64,000 nt of DNA from Azolla caroliniana (taxonomy: Eukaryota > Plantae > Polypodiophyta): positions 10,602,001-10,666,000 of the forward strand of contig JBHGNT010000016.1 of the NCBI GenBank assembly GCA_043228905.1, written 5' to 3'. This document shows, piece by piece, positions 59,561 through 64,000 of this stretch. The notes below the pieces were generated by a model. It worked only from the letters and a program-made list of their open reading frames with translations. It was not told the origin of the DNA and ran no database searches. How positions within the stretch are numbered: position 1 is the stretch's first letter; each line of letters starts with the position of its first letter. A program made the translations under genes and the position numbers.

Positions 59561-61132
59561 ATATTACATAAGATACGAATGAATGCTCTCCTCCGAAAAT
59601 CTCTGTAATATGTATGTATTACTATTAACGTTACGTAAATGTAATCTACTACATAACAATAATGTTCTGCTATTGATGATTCCCGTATCTAAATATTGAT
59701 TGCTGCCCTGCCCTGCCTCCACTGTTCTATTCACAAGACACGTTACGTTTGTCCCACCATGCTTTTTCCTCCTACTGCTTTATTATCATATCATCATGTC
59801 TATGTAACAACGAACAACACGAACACGGTCACGGGCACGGGCCGACCCAACCCGGCACCCACACTCAGATCCTGGTCTTTGCGAGCCTCTTCTTAATTAA
59901 CCCTCTATCAATTCTCCAAACGATTCCTTCCTTTTGATCTACATACATACTTGGCTTGCTTGTTTGCACAAGGAGCTTCTACCCCCACTTTTTTTACCAT
60001 GTAGATAGATGATATATGTCTTTTCCCCTCCCAACTTTCCGACGCACTTTATGTTTGGTTGCAGAAAAGATAAGGCCAACGAATTAACAAGGATGTTTAA
60101 AGCGTAGTCAGATGCAGGAAAAGACGCTTAGCTTAGTATCCAAGATTAAGAGTTAACGAGGCCAAGGAGATTAGCATGGATTATGGCATTGGTTCAAGTT
60201 AAGCGACTGATCGGTGCAATTTAAGGTAGAGACGAGGCGAAATAAAAATACCTGTTTCAGGACAGTGACAGCTGTGCTTCCACTGCAGAAGCAGTCGATG
60301 GTGGCATGTTTCCTGAGGTCTCGATCCATGGAATCAAAAGCTTCAAGGAAAGAGTCCCTCCAAATCACAAACATTTCACACTCCTCATCCGTCCCTATGG
60401 ATGCATGCGCAGATGAATTCTGATCCATCTTATCTTCTCCCCCTGAGCCTCCTCTTTCTTCTTCTTCTTCTTCTTCTTCTTCTTCTTCTTCTTCTTCTTC
60501 TTCTTCGTCATCAATAAGTTCCATAATCGGTGTCTGCTGTTGATCTGTCCACCTCAAGTTACCTTTCTCTGATTTAGGCTCTGAATCAATTTCATCCACA
60601 GATGCGTCGTGCAGAGCCGGATCTCCTCGCACATGCGCTTTCCAGATGGAGACAAGCTTGGAAGGGAGAGAATCACGAACTCTTCTGGCCACAAGATGGC
60701 CGTAGGGGCCATGACCATCGAAAACACCACAGAAAACTGTGTCTTTTCTTGTAGCGAAATCCTGACAAAAAAATTCAGGGAAATGAAAGAAACTCGGTGA
60801 TTAATAACCAACCATGATACCTGCACTAAGAGGAAATTTTAATAGGAACCTCTCCCCACATAATAATAGGTAAAGCGCATATCATGTGATACCTCCCAGA
60901 CGACCATGGCATCCTGATTTGTTCCCTTTCGACCTTGCTGCGTGAAGATGCAGGCATCATTGCTTAGTGCACCGTTGCTACAGATCCTTCCTGGAATGCG
61001 AGACAATATCTCATTCGTCTTCATTTCCGCTGCCAAGGCTTCCATGAGAAGCTTCTTCTGCTCTTTCTTCCTCATCTTTATGCTCGCCAATTCATCATCG
61101 TGCAGCATCGATGACGAACAGCAGCCCCCCAT
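55692..61132 (-). CDS. Protein phosphatase 2C (PPM), plant clade E-like. Exons 61132-60893, 60761-60252, 57351-57234, 57127-56904, 56300-55692; 1701 nt, 566 aa
   Basis: QQGRKGTNQDAM, FCGVFDGHGPYG, CSGSTAV, IANVGDSRAVL, QLTVDLKP, GLAMARAFGDFCLK, VLATDGIWDVL, SKVDDCAVV, C-terminal EEWSALEGVVRVNSLLQLPRF. All four introns are GT..AG with compatible phases. N-terminal MGGCC. Confidence 0.95.
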
Positions 61133-61543
61133 GACAGCTCAAAAATTGATGCTGATTATTCCCAGAAGAAGAGAAAATATGGAAGGAGACGGAATCTTTG
61201 ACCTTCTCGAGGTACCTACTTCGGTCTGCAGAAGCAGCTGTACTTGATTATGGAAATTATGCAATAAGATTCATGGGATCTCAGAGATTTTCCGGCAAAA
61301 AAAAATTATCCCCCAGATCTTGAGGGTGTCAAGCAAAGGTGCACTGAATAATTTAGCTCCAACGAGTAGTTAAACTGAGCCGGATATTCCATACCATGGA
61401 TTATTGTTCAGGCGCAGCATTGAAAAGATGAGGAGGAGGAGGAGGATGACTAGATTGAAAGTAACAAGCCATGGCTTCCACAGAAAGTCATTAGCAGGAA
61501 AATACAATGGATATCTGGAGTCGGTCCAAATGAACATAAAACG

Positions 61544-61545
<2 letters not shown>

Positions 61546-61638
<93 letters not shown>

Positions 61639-61657
61639 GATGGGTCAACTGTGTATT

Positions 61658-61689
<32 letters not shown>

Positions 61690-61690
61690 A
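61546..61690. repeat. (TG)n(AG)n and (GAA)n microsatellites upstream of the PP2C start
   Basis: Directly visible simple repeats. Confidence 0.9.
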
Positions 61691-64000
61691 TGCAGGATGA
61701 ATGAATTATAATATAGTGATGGAGGCCCCGAAGATTGCCATGGCCGGTGCGTGCTTTTGGTTTTTTATATGCAATACAATCCCTTTCCTGTCACTTTTTC
61801 CTTCTTTGCTGTTGTGAGTTGTGGGGGGGGGCAGGAGTAGTAGAGGGAGGGAGGGAGGATTGCTTGTGCAGCAAAAGAGCATGGGCTGTTCCTTCATACA
61901 CCTACCTACCTCTCTGTCTGTGTAGGCATCTTCTCGCATCTAATCTGGAAAACAAGACACAAACACGACGCAGAAGAAGAGAGAAAAGAATCAAAGTAGC
62001 AGAAAAAGGTAAAAAGGGAGGCGGAGGAGAAAGAGGCAAAAGAGAACTGAACCAACAAACTGGTTCGTAAAAGGACGTGGGTAGCCAGCCAGCCCTTTGT
62101 CACCAAAGTATATCTATACCGTATGTATGTATGTATGTATGTATGTATGTACGTATAATAAAAGTAAGTAGCATTTCTTTCTTTGTGCGCGCGCACACAC
62201 ACAGAGGGAGGGAGGGCCAGAGGAGGAGAGGGGAATGAAGACAATGAATTGAATTAGAGTTGAATGAATGAGTGAGTTGCTTTATTTACTCCATTCATTC
62301 GTATGTATATCCAATCCAACCACAAAAGATGATGAGATGAACAACCAACCTTTCTCTCTATGTCATCAATTCACCTATACATATATCATTATATGATACC
62401 TTTCTTATTTACACACATGAGTCATGCATGCATGCACCTTACAGGCCATGCATGGCCCATGCCACCGCACGCGCACTCAACTTAGCACGTAAAAACAACT
62501 ACGACATTCTCTGTCTCCATGTGCATGTATGTATGTATGTATGTATGTATGTCGATCGCATAAAGGGAATGAACGCTTGCCAATCTTCTTTGATATTTCA
62601 TTCTCCCAACACCATCATCCCCAAAACAAAAGACAAAGCGAAGGATATGCAATGTCTATAATTTTTCACTTCCCCTCCAATTATTTGGCGGATGCATTGA
62701 TGTACCCACTCTTTCTCTCTATCTCGACTTGAATCAAGCTCCGGCTACATTTTCCTAGTGCAATTTATCCATGGACTTTTCTCTTCATTAATCTCCAACA
62801 ACTAGGCACAACACTCTTGTTTATTTAAACCCCTAAGTTTAATATATACCAACAACACTTCAAGTGGATCTTCTTTTTTACCATGAGAATGTCACACTGA
62901 ATCATCCAATGTTTGTTTGCATGCTAGGTGCCAAACCTTGGGTTTTGAGGCTTGTAATATGGTATCTCTTTCACATAATGCCAAACCTAAGTAATATACT
63001 ACTAGCTTTCTATGTCCCATTCATTTGCTCTCAACGCCCATGTGGTGAATGCTTAGGTCGATGGAAGGTTTAAATTTTCTCAAGATTGGTAATTGACTAG
63101 ACTTGATATTTTCTTTCTTTTGCAAGGGGTGCATGTGTCTCCATGGCAAATGTTGCATTGTATGTATGGTCTGAGCATACTATGTTGTCAAAGTCTTTCA
63201 ATATACGTGCATCATATCCATTGTACACAAAAACCTCATAGTCAAATGAGTGTTTGGAAATTATAGGATGGTGTTGGGGTCCTCAAGGAGTAGGTGAGAC
63301 ATGGTTCAATCCTACTCCTCGACCTTTAGTCCATTGATTAGATTATTTCCACATAGTTATGTCTACATTGTATAAGAATGCATTGCCGTGTGTGTTACTT
63401 ATTGGACGATACTTTATCAATATACACATGTGCAACTTCAACATTTCAGCATCTAAATAGCTTTGACGCTATAATATATATACTTTGACGATCGGTGTGC
63501 CTATCTATGCAGGATAGGCGTCCTTTGCACATCTAGACACAACCATGCCTAGAGACATTGCAACAACCCCTAGAAATTGATTAGAGATATTGTATGTTGG
63601 TGTTTGTATTATTACTAGTTAATGACTTTCAAACATCATGCCACAATGCTCATATCCCTATTTATTTTTCTTTCTTAACTAAGTGCATTTCACCACAAAA
63701 CATGGAATGCTTATGCATGTGAACTCAAACCACTCCAATAAAATATTGAAGTCATTTTATTTGAGCACATTTATTTGCTTGTAATAATATTATCAAACCA
63801 TTCTTGATTTTAATGACATAATAGAGCCAAATAGGGTTTGACATGCCATCAAAAGTGGTTCACCATGTTTATAATTAAGAAGCAATAAATGGCCACTACA
63901 AAAAATGTCGAATCTCAATAGCCGAAAAATTTGTTTTACCTACATAAAAGACATATAGAATTCTTTGTAAGCGTGTAAAACTCAACTTATTATTGAGAAA

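Overview
Eukaryotic (plant) genomic DNA, most likely a non-seed land plant (inferred from the Tcn1-like chromovirus, Trp-primed non-chromovirus gypsy and RTE-X-like LINEs). Positions 1 to about 54.4 kb are a densely nested retrotransposon stack. It holds at least six Ty1/copia copies or fragments, a Tcn1-like chromovirus, a near-intact tRNA-Trp-primed Ty3/gypsy element, a truncated gypsy element, three RTE-X-like LINE pieces, four solo LTRs, a 78-bp mini-LTR and a tRNA-derived SINE. All retroelement ORFs are disrupted. The only host gene is a 5-exon clade-E-type PP2C phosphatase on the minus strand (61132 to 55692, about 566 aa). Most notable: (1) four independent insertions with TGTCG...CGACA ends all have 4-bp TSDs centred on CG, suggesting a CpG-targeting gypsy lineage with a minimal 78-bp member; (2) antisense tRNA-like (box A/box B) modules in the LTRs of two unrelated gypsy lineages; (3) two -1 frameshift signals, one placed after the protease; (4) a conserved charged Pol tail between two PPT copies in the copia family; (5) an inversion ending exactly at an LTR terminus; (6) a perfect heat-shock element in the chromovirus LTR; (7) a hairpin/spacer array in a gypsy 5' UTR. 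All alignments were done by eye, and lineage names are provisional.
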